Of a DNA stretch of 64,000 nucleotides, positions 50,701 through 61,799 are shown piece after piece. The notes beneath the pieces are model-generated. The model saw only the letters and a list, made by a program, of their open reading frames with translations, searched no databases and was not told the DNA's origin. The stretch lies in assembly GCF_030144855.1 (NCBI RefSeq), contig NC_082707.1:46562001-46626000 (forward strand), in the 5' to 3' direction. This DNA is from Hypanus sabinus. Its lineage: Eukaryota. Position 1 is the stretch's first letter; each line of letters opens with the position of its first letter. The translations under genes were made by a program, and so were the position numbers.

Positions 50701-53220
50701 GGCAGTGAATGTTGTCTACAACAATGTTAGTAAGTCGTTTGACAAAGTCCCTCATGGGAGGCTAATCCAGAAGATTAAGATGCATGGGATCCGGGGCAAA
50801 TTGGCTGTTTGGATTCAGAACTGGTTTGCGCATTGAAGACAGAAGGTAGTGGTTGAAGGGACTTGGTCGAGCTAGAGCTCTGTAATTAGTGGAGTTCCAG
50901 AAGTATCTGTGCTAGACCTTTGCTGTTTGTGGTGTATATAAATGGCCTGATTGAAAATGTAAGTGGTGGGTTAGTAAGTTTGTAGATGATACCAAGATTG
51001 GCAGAGTTGTGGATAGTGTAGAAGACTGTAAAGGAATGTAGCACGACAAAGATCATTTGCAGATATGGGCTGAGAAATGGCAGATGGAATTTAACCCAGA
51101 TAAATGTGAGGTGTTGTATCTTGGTAGGGTAAATACAAGAAGACAGTTCACTGTTAAGGGCAAGATCCTTGCCAGTGTTGCAGAGCAGAGAGATCTTGGG
51201 ATCCAAGTTCTATGCTCTTTGAAAGTGGCTATACAGGTCAATATTGTGGTCAAGAAGGCTAATGGAATGCTTACTTTTATTAGTAGAAGCACTGAGTTCA
51301 AAAATCAAGAGATTATGTTGCCACTTTATAAAACATTGGTTCAACCACATCTGGAGTGTTGCATACAGTTCTGGTTGCCCCATTATAGGAAGGTTGTTGA
51401 AACTTTGGAGAGGGTACAGAAGAGGTTTACCAGGATGCTTCCTGATTCAGAGGGCATGTGCTATCATGAGAGGCTGGATAAACTTGGGTTGTTTTCTCTG
51501 GAACGTTGGAGGCTGAGTGGAGTTCTGATAGAGGTTTACAAGATTATGAGAGGTAGAGATAGAGTGGACAGAGAGCTTCTGTTTCCCAGGGTTGAAATGT
51601 CTAATGCAAGAGGGCATGCTTTGAAAGTGAGAGGGGGTAAGTTCAAGAGGGATGAGACGGTTGTTGTTTATTCAGAGTGTTATGTGCTCCCTGATATGGT
51701 GGTAGAGGCTTTTAAGAGACGTTTGGATAGATAGGCACATGATGTAAGAAAGTCAAAGGGATTAGATACATGGTGTAGGTAGGAGGGTATTTTTGATTTG
51801 CTTTTTAGCTGGTTTGGCACAATGTTTTTGCCTGAATGGCCTTTTCCTGTGTTGTACTATTCTATGCTATATTTAAGTGCAGATGAGCAATTGTTGATCG
51901 GGTTGGGAGTACCAGTGCATTCTTTACTACAGCGATTGGTGATAAGACTACAATTCACAAGTTAATGGATGCTTGCTTGAGGTTTACAACATTGAAGGCA
52001 GAACCTGTGAATGGAATTAATTACACAGTGTTTCAAGAAGCTGACACTGACTAGATGGGCTGGATGCTCTATGCATGCATATGTAATATAAAATTAAAAT
52101 GCACTGCTATTGCTCTCTGTATCTATGGCACCCTTCCTTGGCAAATGGGCAGAGTTCATTATACAATATTTCTGCAGCACAAAAACGGACCTTCACATCA
52201 ATAAATGTGCTGGTGTTGATGCTCCTCTTACTGCACAAACAACAGAACCTGAAAATATGAGGAAGATGGTATCAGATTTCTTTAAAAGTCAGAGTAATGC
52301 CTTCAGAACCTCAAGCTGAATGTGAGCTGATATATTTTGAAAGAAAATCAAGAGATAGAAATTAAATGCCTGTTTATTTTCAGGGCAAGTTGTTGTACTG
52401 TCATCCTCCACCTGGTATTGATCCTGCCCATTTCCAAAATCATCATGCTGCCTTTGAAGAACACATTGTTACGTGTGACAAGAACAGCACAAAACTCAAA
52501 GGGAAACAAAATAAAGTAAAAAGAATTGAAAATGATGTGGACAAAATCTTCTTTCATCAGGTAAAAAAGCACAACAAGCAGCATGCATGATAGTATATTT
52601 TTGTGCCTAATAGATCTTAAATAGCAGGAGCTTTAGTTGAATATAACAATAAATTATTCTAAATAAATGAAATTCCTCTATATTTTTAGTACCATTTCTT
52701 TATTAACTGCTTTTTAATATATTCACGAATGTAAAAAATTACAGGAGTACTAATTTGAGAGTGAAATTAGATATTTGGAGAGTTAAGTTATTGGAGAAAT
52801 ATTTCTTAAGAAACATGTCAGTAATTTTGAACCCAAGGCACTTGGAGGTTCTAATAGTCTTTGACTATATTCATATTCTGAAAATACATTTTCAAGATTG
52901 AGGTACTTGGGATCCACACAGCATATTCCTCAAACATGCCTAGTCTTATAGCTTTACTCCTTCTTTTAGCTATGTGGTAAAGCTTTGTCTCATGAATGGA
53001 TAAAAAATTATACGAAATGCTTGCAACTAAAAAGTACATAATTTACTTGTTAAAGGAGAATGTTCGAGCTTTGACAAAGGGAGCTCAAGTAGCAATGGGA
53101 TTCAAGCTTGGCACTGAAGCAACACCAGTGAATGGAGTGGCAGGAAAACCTTGGAAAAAACATGGCAACAGGAACAAGAAGGAAAAAATAAGGAGAGTTT
53201 GCAAGCATCTGGACGACTGA
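23564..53220 (+). CDS. LSG1: Large subunit GTPase 1 homolog (60S export factor, circularly permuted GTPase); 14 coding exons, 1947 nt, 648 aa
   Basis: Manual splice model join(23564-23662,28286-28412,29427-29547,30662-30748,33005-33091,33726-33786,40386-40562,43053-43448,44600-44701,45290-45433,46775-46898,48887-48966,52384-52560,53056-53220) keeps one open frame. Motifs DARNP, NKAD (G4), GYPNVGKS (G1), TPGHT (G2), DCPG (G3), C-terminal KPWKKHGNRNKKEK. Confidence 0.95.
23910..24410 (-). mobile_element. Rex1/Babar 3' fragment (LSG1 intron 1)
   Basis: HRPGDALFSLLPSGRRYRSLKAHTPRVRNSFFPSAIRF. Confidence 0.85.
24505..25095 (-). mobile_element. Penelope-like element 3' fragment
   Basis: Same terminus (CTGCAGATGCTG...GGAACTCAGCAGG) and body as the GIY-YIG-bearing copies at 34034 and 57180. 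Confidence 0.7.
25295..25850 (-). mobile_element. CR1 LINE 3' fragment
   Basis: VRPHLEYCAQFWSPHYRKDVQAIERVQRRFTRMLPGL...TRGHRFKV. Confidence 0.88.
26280..27430 (+). mobile_element. Degenerate CR1 LINE
   Basis: RT remnants (CLINLIEFFEEVT, VYVDFHKTFDKVP, FNPGKCKVLHFGR). Confidence 0.75.
28286..28412 (+). CDS. LSG1: LSG1 exon 2
   Basis: tgtag acceptor; LHTSELNDGYNWGRLNLQSVTEQSTLDEFLATAELAGTEFVA; GTAAGA donor. Confidence 0.93.
29427..29547 (+). CDS. LSG1: LSG1 exon 3
   Basis: caatag acceptor; EKLNVKIISAEDRTGLLTAEENKKIKKLQEENKQFLCIPRR; GTGGGC donor. Confidence 0.92.
30662..30748 (+). CDS. LSG1: LSG1 exon 4
   Basis: ctgtag acceptor; PHWDENTAAEELQKAERESFLEWRRQLA; GTGAGT donor. Confidence 0.92.
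30890..31955 (-). mobile_element. Rex1/Babar LINE fragments (two subfamilies)
   Basis: KTKELVVDLRR...YKYLGIRIGNKLDWSKNT; LRMFYKAVVASAIMFAVVCWG...RKSFLPVAIKLYN. Confidence 0.85.
33005..33091 (+). CDS. LSG1: LSG1 exon 5
   Basis: gtccag acceptor; LEEERNLILTPFEKNLDFWRQLWRVIER; GTACGC donor. Confidence 0.93.
33726..33786 (+). CDS. LSG1: LSG1 exon 6
   Basis: tgcag acceptor; DIIVQIVDARNPLLFRCEDL; GTGGGT donor. Confidence 0.93.
34893..36491. mobile_element. Tigger/pogo-type non-autonomous element (MER2-like) inserted in the Tc1 left TIR
   Basis: TA TSD (34891-34892, 36492-36493); TIRs CAGTTGGTCCTCCTTATCC and GGATAAGGAGGGCCGACTG (17/19 match). Confidence 0.85.
35588..36315 (-). mobile_element. L1-clade LINE 3' fragment inside the Tigger element
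   Basis: ORF2 C-terminus WREFGWKNL...IFWDCPVIKKHW...LLVAGKKTLTRKW..ESPTLNTW; poly(A) and AATAAA near 35590. Confidence 0.75.
36727..37714 (+). pseudogene. Tc1 transposase pseudogene
   Basis: MGSSKQL..., RSGRPRKL, VLWTDEVKIELFG, LQQDNDPKHTSK, WPS*SPDLNIIRNLW (catalytic E replaced); frameshifts and a stop. Confidence 0.9.
40386..40562 (+). CDS. LSG1: LSG1 exon 7 (G4 NKAD)
   Basis: tttag acceptor; ERYVKEIQKDKVNMILLNKADLL...VVFWSATAEAKRLDAEAK; GTAGGC donor. Confidence 0.93.
41200..41505 (-). mobile_element. CR1 3' fragment
   Basis: FKIVKGIDRVNVSRLFP...TRARGH. Confidence 0.65.
43053..43448 (+). CDS. LSG1: LSG1 exon 8 (acidic insert)
   Basis: aaatag acceptor; GEEQSGER...YEDCEDDELWETCSEDE...ELLEIFKTLHKGKRVKDVEITVGL; GTGAGT donor. 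Confidence 0.88.
44282..44358 (+). repeat. Intronic partial duplicate of LSG1 exon 8
   Basis: Aligns with 43304-43377 with several substitutions and two small indels. Confidence 0.75.
44600..44701 (+). CDS. LSG1: LSG1 exon 9 (G1/G2)
   Basis: gatag acceptor; VGYPNVGKSSTINTIFQNKKVSVSATPGHTKHFQ; GTAATG donor. Confidence 0.95.
45290..45433 (+). CDS. LSG1: LSG1 exon 10 (G3 DCPG), followed by U12-type donor
   Basis: tatag acceptor; TLYVEADLCLCDCPGLVMPSFVSTKAEMVCSGILPIDQMRDHVPPVSL then ATATCCTTT. Confidence 0.92.
45434..46774 (+). other. U12-type (minor spliceosome) intron 10 of LSG1, apparent AT-AT termini
   Basis: 5' ATATCCTTT; branch site TTCCTTGAC at 46758-46766; ends ...GGGCTAT before GTC TGC CAG (VCQ). 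Confidence 0.85.
46020..46372 (-). mobile_element. SINE-like repeat, probably RTE-related, within the U12 intron
   Basis: - strand AATGGAATAGCAAACCACTTCTGTAG resembles RTE/Bov-B-derived SINE segments as recalled; perfect 11-bp terminal hairpin at 46032-46060. Confidence 0.4.
46775..46898 (+). CDS. LSG1: LSG1 exon 11
   Basis: VCQHIPRHVLEATYGINIIRPREDEDPNRQPTHEELLTAYG; GTAAGT donor. Confidence 0.9.
47167..47978. mobile_element. Penelope-derived inverted-repeat insertion with 15-bp TSD
   Basis: Arms 47170-47526 and 47573-47933; TSD TCAATCAATAACCCA at 47152-47166 and 47979-47993. Confidence 0.88.
47847..47882 (+). ncRNA. Minimal type I hammerhead-ribozyme-like motif (Penelope-associated, probably degenerate)
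   Basis: AGTC-CTGACGA-A-GGGTCTCGGCCC-GAAAC-ATC-GAC: CUGANGA and GAAA cores, stem II hairpin, GUC/GAC stem I. Confidence 0.55.
48887..48966 (+). CDS. LSG1: LSG1 exon 12
   Basis: atacag acceptor; YMRGFMTAHGQPDQPRAARYILKDYVT; GTAAGT donor. Confidence 0.94.
49130..51870 (+). mobile_element. Near full-length ORF2 remnant of a CR1 LINE (APE endonuclease plus RT)
   Basis: ETWLREG, LDLMLGNEP, SDHN, PGNYRLVSL, WAEKWQMEFNPDKC, LERVQKRFTRM; multiple frameshifts. Confidence 0.9.
52384..52560 (+). CDS. LSG1: LSG1 exon 13
   Basis: ttttcag acceptor; GKLLYCHPPPGIDP...IENDVDKIFFHQ; GTAAAA donor. Confidence 0.93.
53056..53220 (+). CDS. LSG1: LSG1 exon 14 (terminal coding exon)
   Basis: taaag acceptor; ENVRALTKGAQVAMG...GKPWKKHGNRNKKEKIRRVCKHLDD*. 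Confidence 0.93.
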   Translation, partial: ENVRALTKGAQVAMGFKLGTEATPVNGVAGKPWKKHGNRNKKEKIRRVCKHLDD

Positions 53221-53277
53221 ACGTGACATCATCAGTTGTTGGGTATTTGCCCTAGTTATTTGAACATAATGATGTTC

Positions 53278-53476
53278 AATAAACAATATGATCATCTATA
53301 AATCAGACAGATTTGCCATCAAGTACATGTTGAATAATAAGACACCAAATTTATTCTGTTCAGCGTAAATCAATTAATTAGCCACAAGTCATTTAAAATT
53401 TATATTTCATCTTGTATGTAGAATTTATTGTAAACAATCTCTTCTAAAGATCTGAATTTGATAATAAAAGAATAAA
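53278..53476 (+). terminator. Candidate LSG1 polyadenylation signals
   Basis: AATAAA at 53278-53283, 53463-53468 and 53471-53476 downstream of the stop codon. Confidence 0.55.
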
Positions 53477-55266
53477 AGATAAACAGTTATGTACCAATCT
53501 CTTTAGTTTACTGATGGAGGAGATGAAAAGAATTTTTTTGACCTGTTAAAATTTATATAGAATTCTTTTTCCTCCTAGTACATCTTCATTTTTTTCTGGA
53601 ATAAATCTCTATACTTTGGATATCTATTGGAATAGACGCACACTGGTTGTACTGGGCTGGTGGATTAGTGCACTGGATTCTATCTGGACATTATGATGCT
53701 GAATGTCAGATTTCAGCAATGTTAATTTATTTACCCTTGATAGATATTTCTTGTTTTACTCTAAAAAAGGCCTGGATGAAAGCACAGCATTGCTTTAGAG
53801 AAGTAGAGATGGAACAGACTGGAGCTGTTCTTTAAGATCATGATGTGGATAACAGTTATGGTAAAATTTCCAATACCACCCATCTAAAATGTGAATGTAC
53901 AGAAGTGACAGAAGTAAATTCAGGAGCACAGGATAAGGTGGGAGCATAGAGGTTAAATAGAGATGTTGCATCTGGTGAAAATTTGCTATATCATTTTAAA
54001 ATGCTTCACACTTACCAATGTTGTTTCTCCCTCTGGCAGCTGCTCCCAATGTAGTTTTACCAGGTACAGCCTTATATTTTTGAAGCCAGTTTAAAATCTT
54101 AAATATAGGTCCAGCCTTATCCTTTTCTATGATCACCTTAAAGCTTATAGATTGTGGTCATTGTTTTCAAAGGCTTCTCCAGCAATACTTAACAGCACTT
54201 CACAGCTTGCCCATTCTTATTCCCTAAAATAATGTTATTCAAGTTATCACTACCAATACTAGCTTTTCATTATAGATCTATTTAATTATTTAAGACAATG
54301 AACTCTGAAGGGCTGCTAAAGGACAATGTTAAATGACTTGAGTTTAAATTTATCTACTTGCTGGGATTCAAATTCCTGTCACTGGATTGATGGTCGATTG
54401 AAAGGTAATTTTAATGCTAGGTCTTTTTTTTCCTGCACCTAGTTCCATTTTGATTTTAATAGTGCTAGTTTTTTGCATGCTATTCCTGCAGTAACCAATG
54501 AGCTACATTGACTTTTGTGTTTACATAGCTCCAATGTATTCACTAATGCTCTTCAGTCCTATTAAGTTCTGTGAACACCCCTTCTATTCCATCCAAACAA
54601 GACTGAAACCACAGAGGAATCTCTTTAAAGAATGTAGATGATACTGGTGGTGGTAATTGCTGCTATTAGATGGAACTTCTTAAGTGTAGGTCACACAATG
54701 TATATCTCCTTTTCTCTAAAGTGACAGTGAACCTACGGTTGCTTCTGCATGGGTCAGTTTGACAGTTTTGAATACATGCATTATACAGATCAAATGTGGT
54801 TTAAGAAAATTGAAAAGCTTATTATATACTACAATTCTACAACCATCATTCACATTAATTTATGCAACAGTTGGGTTGCATAGTATACTAAAAATGCAGT
54901 TAGAGGTATGATAGAAGGGAGTATAAGATGTGGGGGACATAAAGAAGAGATGGTACTGCAATGTTAATGAGTCCATTATTGCAGGTAGGTTCTTTGAATG
55001 AGGCCATTTTTGTGTAGCTTAGAACAAAAAGGGAAGTGGGGAGGTGGGGGGGAAGGAGGTGCCAAACAGCAGGATTAGATGAGCAGACATGCAGGCACTT
55101 CATAGTGAAGTATAAAAATAGTAGGATAAATGAGGATTTGAACTTCCGTAATAATAACTGAAATTGCTTTTGTGAAAGTCTAAGGTGGGTCAGAATTGTT
55201 AAAATGTGTCCATAAAGGCTGTTAGATCCAAGAGAAGGGAGTGTACTTGATCTGATCTGTGGGAAT

Positions 55267-56375
55267 ATTGAATTGAATTGACTTTATTACTTACATCCTT
55301 CATATACATGGAGTAAAAAAATCTTTGTTACATCTCCATCTAAGTGTGCAATTTATAGTAATTTATAATAATATGTACATCAGGACAGTCAATATAACAT
55401 TAGAAATACAATTGTGTCAACATGAATTAAGCAGTCTGATGGTCTGGTGGAAGAAGCTGTCCTGGAGACTGTTGGTCCTGGCTTTTATGCTGTGGTATCA
55501 TTTCCTGGATGGTAGCAGCTGGAAGAGTTTGTGGTTGGGGGTGGCTCGGGTCCCCAATGATCCTCTGGGCCCTTATTACACACCTGTCTTTGTAAATATC
55601 CTGAATAGTGGGAAGTTCACATCTACAGATGCGCTGAGCTGTCCACACGACTCTCTGCAGAGTCCTGCGATTGAGGGAAATATAGTTCCCATATTAGGTA
55701 GTGATGCAGCCAGTGAGGATGCTTGCAATTGTGCCTCTATAGAAAGTTTTTATGATTGGGGGCCCATACCAAATTTCTTCAGCCGTTTGAGGTGGAAGAG
55801 GGGCTGTTGTCTTTTTCACCACACAGCCAGTACATACAGACCACATGAGATCCTCGGTGATGTTTATGCCAAGGAACTTGAACCCCAGATCCAGTGATGT
55901 CAATAGAGGCTAGCCTGACTCCATTCCTCCTGTAATCCACACCCAGCTCCTTGGTGACATTGAGGGAGAGCTTGTTTTCTTGACACCATTGTGTCAGGGT
56001 GATGACTTCTCTGTAGACTGCCTCATTATTATTTGAGATTAGGCCAATCAATGTAGTATCATTAGCAAATTTAACTAGCAGATTGGAGCTGTGGCAACAC
56101 CCTCATGAGCATACAGAGAGTAAAAGAAGGGGCTTAGTACACAGTCCTGAGGGGCAGAGGTGGGGGAGCCCACTCGTGCCACCTGTCGGCGATCTGACAG
56201 TAAGTCCAGGATCCAGCTGCACAAGGCAGGGTGAAGGCCGAGGTGTCTGAGCTTCTTGGTGAGTCTGGAGAGAATTATGGTGTTGAATGCTGAACTGTAG
56301 TCCAAGAACGGTATTCTCACATAAGCATCCTCCAGATGTGTAAGGACAGTGCCCAGCAGTTTTGGAGATAGCATG
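55267..56375 (-). mobile_element. Degenerate Rex1/Babar LINE
   Basis: YVRIPFLDYSSAFNTI, LCSWILDLL, FKFLGINITEDLMWS; (TTCAA)n-like tail. Confidence 0.82.
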
Positions 56376-57060
56376 TCTCAATAAATTTTAAGGTTTAATG
56401 GAAAGGGACACGAATCGGCTGGAAGTTAAGAACCTGCATTGAGGAAGATCAATATGAATTTGAAAAGATTACCTTGGCAAATACGGCCTGGGAAGAATGA
56501 CTTGCAGGTAAAGTCATTCAAAAATGAAATGGTGTTTAGGGCCAACAAATTGCCTTGCTGAAGGGCAAGGCCAATAGATACCAGAAACCCTGGATGCAAA
56601 GAGACATTGAGGATTAGATAAAGCAACAAGGAGTAGTCTATGGCAAGTAGAACTGAAAACCACAGAGGCCCTACAGGAGTATAACTCTGGAGGGGGGGGG
56701 CAGCGGGTGGGAATGGAGGGAAACAGGTGTATTAACTAAGTAATGAGGGCAAAACCAGGGCAGAAAATTTAAGTGGTGTGAGACAAGGTGAAAGAAAAAA
56801 TGTAATTTTAAGTATTTTAAGGGCTAGAGGCCAAGCAGAGGGAGTAGAAGACAGGTGGTTTCTGTTGGTGAACTAGAGGCTATGGTTGAGGTCTTAGATT
56901 TGTGTTCACTATGAGTTACAACATCCACAGTGCTTTTAATTCTGAATTAAAAGTGTTGATAGGAATAACAATAAAATAGAAAATGATCTAGTTCATCTTG
57001 AACAGCGAAGTCCCAATGGTGTTAGATTACTGGAGTTTTACTGTAGTTAGAAATAAAAAC

Positions 57061-58175
57061 AGCAAATACTGGTGCACTCAGCAGGTCAGACAGTATGTAT
57101 GGAAAGAGAAACATAGTTAATAATATTGACTGAAGGCTTCATTTGAACTGGAAACATAGTTCTTCCTCACTTTTCCAGTTTTGATGTCCTTCACCTTCAA
57201 AGAACAGGGTTTCCCTTCTTCCACCATTGACACTGTCCTCACCTGCATCTCCTCCATTTCCCAGACATTCGAGCCTACCCAATCTTCCCACTGCCTTAAC
57301 AGTGATAGAGTTGCTCTTGTCCTTATCTACCACCCCATGAGCCTCCCTCTATGATTCCCATATTCATTCATTCCTCCCTGCACTTATCCCTTCAAGCAGT
57401 CAAAGTGCTACACCAGCTGATTCACCTCTCTCACCTGCATTTAGGGCCCCAAACAGTCCTCCCAGATGAGACAACACTTTGCCTGCGAATCTGCTGGGAT
57501 CATCTCTTGTATCTGGTGCTCGCGATGCGTCCTCCTTTACATTGATGAGACATTGTAAATTGAGGGACCGCTTTGTCGAGCACCTTGACTCCATCCACCA
57601 AAGCAGCACTTCCCTCTGACCCAACATTTTGATTCTGATTCCCATTCTGATTCGTCAGTCCATGGCCTCATCTTTCTGCTATGATGAGGCCACCCTCAGG
57701 GTGGAGAAGCAACACCTTGTATTCCATCTGGGTAGCCTCCAACAAGATGGCATGGCATGACATCGATTTGTTCTTTTGGTAAAAATAAGCCCCCCTCCCA
57801 TCTCTTTGATTCCCCACTGAGACCTCTTCCCTCTTCTCACCTGCCTATCACCTCCCCCTGGTGTCCCTCCTCCTTCCCATTCTCCTATGGTCCACAACCC
57901 ACTCTTATCAAGTTCCTTCATTTCCAACTCTGTACCCTTCCCACCAACTTTGCTTCACCTATCACCTTCTAGCTATACTCCTCCCCCCCCCTTCCACCCT
58001 TTTTCCTGGAATCTTCTTCCTTCCTTTCCAGTCCTGAAGATAGGTCTCGGCCGAAAACATCAACTGCTTGTTTATTTCCATGGATACTGCCTGACCAGCT
58101 GAGTTCCTCCAGCATTTTGCGTGTGTTGTTCCAGTTGTGAAGGATGGTTTTTGACCTGGAACACTAACTGTTTCA
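57061..58175 (+). mobile_element. Penelope-like element (GIY-YIG remnant) with an inverted terminal fragment upstream
   Basis: CIWCSRCVLLYIDET..KLRDRFVEH near 57508-57585; decayed hammerhead-like CTGAAGA..GGTCTCGGCCGAAAAC near 58034; inverted end at 57061-57140. Confidence 0.75.
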
Positions 58176-58394
58176 TTTTCACATACTTCCTTTTGGCACA
58201 AGGCCATCTATCCTATCAGGTGTAGGCCAGCTGTCAGCAATTCCACTCTCCTTCTACTTCCCTGCAACCAGTTGTCTCTGCCATGCCATCCTCATCTTGA
58301 TCAACACTGAGGTAAGTCACAGCAGTTAAGCTTCTGATCTTTGAGAATGGGAATTTCAACATGCAAACTCCACATGGACATCACCAGGGATCGA

Positions 58395-59430
58395 GAATCA
58401 CAATCAAGTTTAATATCATTAGCATATGTCTTGAAATGTTTTATACTGCTGTGGTACATAATTGTAAATTACAGTAAGATATATATTAAAAATGTTAATA
58501 AGCAGTGCAAAAAGAGGAAAAAGTTGTGTTCATGGGTTAAAAGTCCATTCAGAAAACATCAGAGGGGAAGAAGCTGTGTATCTGATGGAAGCAATGAGAA
58601 GAGGGCATATCCAAGGTAATAGTGGGTCCTTAATGATGGATGCTGTCTTTTTGAGACATGCTCCTTGAAGATGTCTTGGGTGGGCAAGGCTAGTGCTCAT
58701 GATGGAGCTGATTGAGTTTACAACTTTTTGTAGTTTATTTCTATCCTGTACAGTGTCCTGCCCTCATACCAGACAGTGAAGCAGCCAGTTAGAATGCTCC
58801 CCACCGTCCATTTGTAGAAATTTGCAAGTATCTTTGGTGATGTACCAAATCTCATCAAACTCCTAATTGAAATATTGTTGCTGTCGTGCCTTCTTTGTAA
58901 CTACACCCAGGATAGATCCTCAGAGATGTTGGCACCCAGGAACTTGGAATTGCTCACCCTTTCTGATTCTGATCCCTCTGAGGACTGGTGAGCGTTCCCT
59001 GGTCTTGCCCTTTCTGAAGTCCACCACAAGTTCTTTGGTCTTGCTGACTTTGAATGCAAGGTTGTTGCTGTGACACCATTCAACTAACTGATCTATCTCG
59101 CCTTCTTGTCACCATCTGAAATTTTGCCGACAATAGTTGCATCAGCAGCAAATTTGTAGAAGGCATTTGAGCTGTGCCTAGCTGCACAGTCATGGGTGTA
59201 GAGAGAGTAGAGCAGTGGGATAAGCGCACACCCTTGAGGAGCGCCAGTGGTGATTATCAGCGAGGTGGAGACGTTCTTTCCGATCCGCACAGACAGCGGT
59301 TTTCCGGTGAGGAAGTCGAGAATCCATTTGCAGAGGGAGGGACACATGTCCAGGCTTTGGAGCTTGTTTATTAGAACTGAGGGAACGATTGTGTTAAACG
59401 CTGAACTGTAGTCAAGAAACAACAGCCTGA
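58395..59430 (-). mobile_element. Degenerate Rex1/Babar LINE
   Basis: FLDYSSAFNTIVPSVL...[20 protein letters not shown]...KFAADATIVG. Confidence 0.85.
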
Positions 59431-59669
59431 TTAAAATTTGCTCGGATTTCCAGCATCTGCAGATTTTCTTTCGTTTGCCCTGATTTAAGTATTAGCATTG
59501 TCCAGTTGATTCAAGGCCCCATGAAGAGCTAATGAGATCGCATCCGCTGTTGACTTAGGCAAGCTGCAGTGGATCCAATCAAGGTCCTTGCTTAGAGGAG
59601 CTGATTGCAGCCATAACCAACCTTTCAAAGCGCTTCCTAGTGTGAGTGCCACCGGACGATAGTCGTTAA

Positions 59670-60082
59670 CCCTAACATAACGTTCGGGTCAAATTTGTCC
59701 CATTTTGACATTTGACAGCAGTAAAAACACCCTAAATGCCAATTTTTTAAGCTGAAATTTGATGACTTTTCCTAAAGTGACCCAAAATCCGCAAAAATGA
59801 AAATAATTAAAAATTTTACACTTTTGTACAGGTGCTGCAAATTTTTGTACATTGAGGCTGTTCCGGGTCAAATTTGACCCGTATCTATTGAAACACCCTC
59901 TGAAACATTAATTAAGGATTAATCACCCGTTTATTAATGCCAGATAGTGTATTTATACATTCTAAATAGATCTTTGGTTCAAAATTTTGTATAGGCACTT
60001 GTTATGAGGATATTCTTGGGCCGGGTCAAAATTGACCCGGACCATACTGTGAAGGTATAGAATTATGAACAGTATGTAAGGG
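59670..60082. mobile_element. piggyBac-type non-autonomous element (MITE)
   Basis: TTAA TSDs at 59666-59669 and 60083-60086; TIRs CCCTAACATA and TATGTAAGGG; internal GGGTCAAATTTGACCC palindromes; removal restores a Rex1 CLNDYRPVALT motif. Confidence 0.85.
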
Positions 60083-60294
60083 TTAAGGCAGCTTGCCCTT
60101 CTGCTTTTCTGCACCGGTATGATTGCTGCAGCTTCAACGAACCCAGGTTATTGAAGCTGCGAGGCAGCGGCTCTTTCTGCTGAGCATTCCAGGCTTTTTG
60201 ATTTGTTTTTAAATTTCAGCTTTGCAGCATCGGCAGTTTTAGACTTTCAACTTTGGGGCTAACTTACGGTCCTTTAAAATTCATGGAGCTATTT

Positions 60295-61582
60295 GACTGA
60301 ACTCTTGCCTCCGCAAGGACCTGGACCCATTGCAATTTGTCTATCGTCACAACAGGTCAACGGCAGACACAGTCTCCATGGCTCTTCACACGGCTTCAGA
60401 CCACCTAGACAACACAAACACCTACATCAGGATGCTGTTCATTATCTAGCTCAGCACTTAATACCATCATTCCCACAATCCTGATTGAGAAGCTGCAGAA
60501 CCTGGGCCTCTGTACCTCCCTCTGCAAATGGATCCTCGATTTCCTAACCAGAAGACCACTGTCTGTGCAGATTGGTGTTAACATATTCTTCTCGCTGACG
60601 ATCAACACTGGCGCACCTCAGGGGTATGTGCTTAGCCCACTGCTCTACTCTCTCTATACACTTTTCTGTGTGGCTAGGCATAGCTTAAACACCATCTACA
60701 AATTTGCTGACGATACAACGATTGTTGGTAGAATCTCAGATGGAGACAAGAGAGTGTACAGGAGTGAGATATGCCGCAGCAACAACCGTCAATAAGACGA
60801 AAGAGCTGATTGTGGACTTCAGGAGGGGTAAGACAAAGGAACACGTACCAATCCTCATAGAGGAATCAGAAGTGGAGAGAGTGAGCAGCTTCGGGTTCCT
60901 GGGTGCCAAGATCTCTGAGGATCTAGCCTGGTCCCAACATATTGATGTAGTGATAAAGAAGGCAAGACAGCAGCTATACTTTATTAGGAGTTTGAAGCGA
61001 TTTAGCATGTCAACAAATACGCTCAAACACTTCTATATTTGCACCGTGGAGAGCATTGTGACAGGCTGCATCACTGTCTGGTATGGAGGGGCTACTGCAC
61101 AGGACAGAAAGAAGCTGCAGAAGGTTGTAAATCTAGTCAGCTCCACCTTGGATACTAGACTACAAAGTACCAGGACATCTTCAGGGAGCGGTGTCTCAGA
61201 AAGGCGGCGTCCATTATTAAGGACCTCCGGCACCCAGGGCATGCCCTTTTCTCACTGTTACCATCAGGTAGGAGGTACAGAAGCCTGAAGGCACACACTC
61301 AGTGATTCAGGAACAGCTTCTTCCCCTCTGCCATCCGATTCCTAAATGGACTTTAAAGCTTTAGACACGACCTCACTTTTTTAATATACAGTATTTCTGT
61401 TTTTGCACGTTTTTAAAATAATCTATGCAATATAAGTAATAGATGTTCTTGTTTGTTTATTTTTTTATTTTATTGTTTTTTTCTCTCTCTGCTAGATTAT
61501 TTATTGCATTGAACTGCTGCTGCTAAGTTAACAAATTTCACGTCACATGCCGGTGATAATAAACCTGATTCTGATTCTGATT
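60295..61582 (+). mobile_element. Rex1/Babar LINE with 3' tail
   Basis: [17 protein letters not shown]...[35 protein letters not shown]; ends AATAAACCTGATTCTGATTCTGATT. Confidence 0.88.
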
Positions 61583-61799
61583 GTAGTGAGATTACCCGAT
61601 AAGAAAGTAATTGACAACTTCCCATGAAGCGCGGATTCCCAGGGCTTGTTATTGTCTGAAGACCGCAGTACGGTGTAGGAGCAAACTGAGGACAACTCGG
61701 TAACTAGTATTTGCAACCTTAAGTGAGAGGAATGCTGCACCTTTAAGACTTTTCAATAAGTGCCTGTTTCATTTGGAAACATACCTGTTTTGACTTTAA

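Noticed and set aside
51057-51734. 225-aa ORF in LSG1 intron 12
   Set aside because: C-terminal part of a decayed CR1 ORF2; upstream frames are broken, so no evidence of a host gene or domestication
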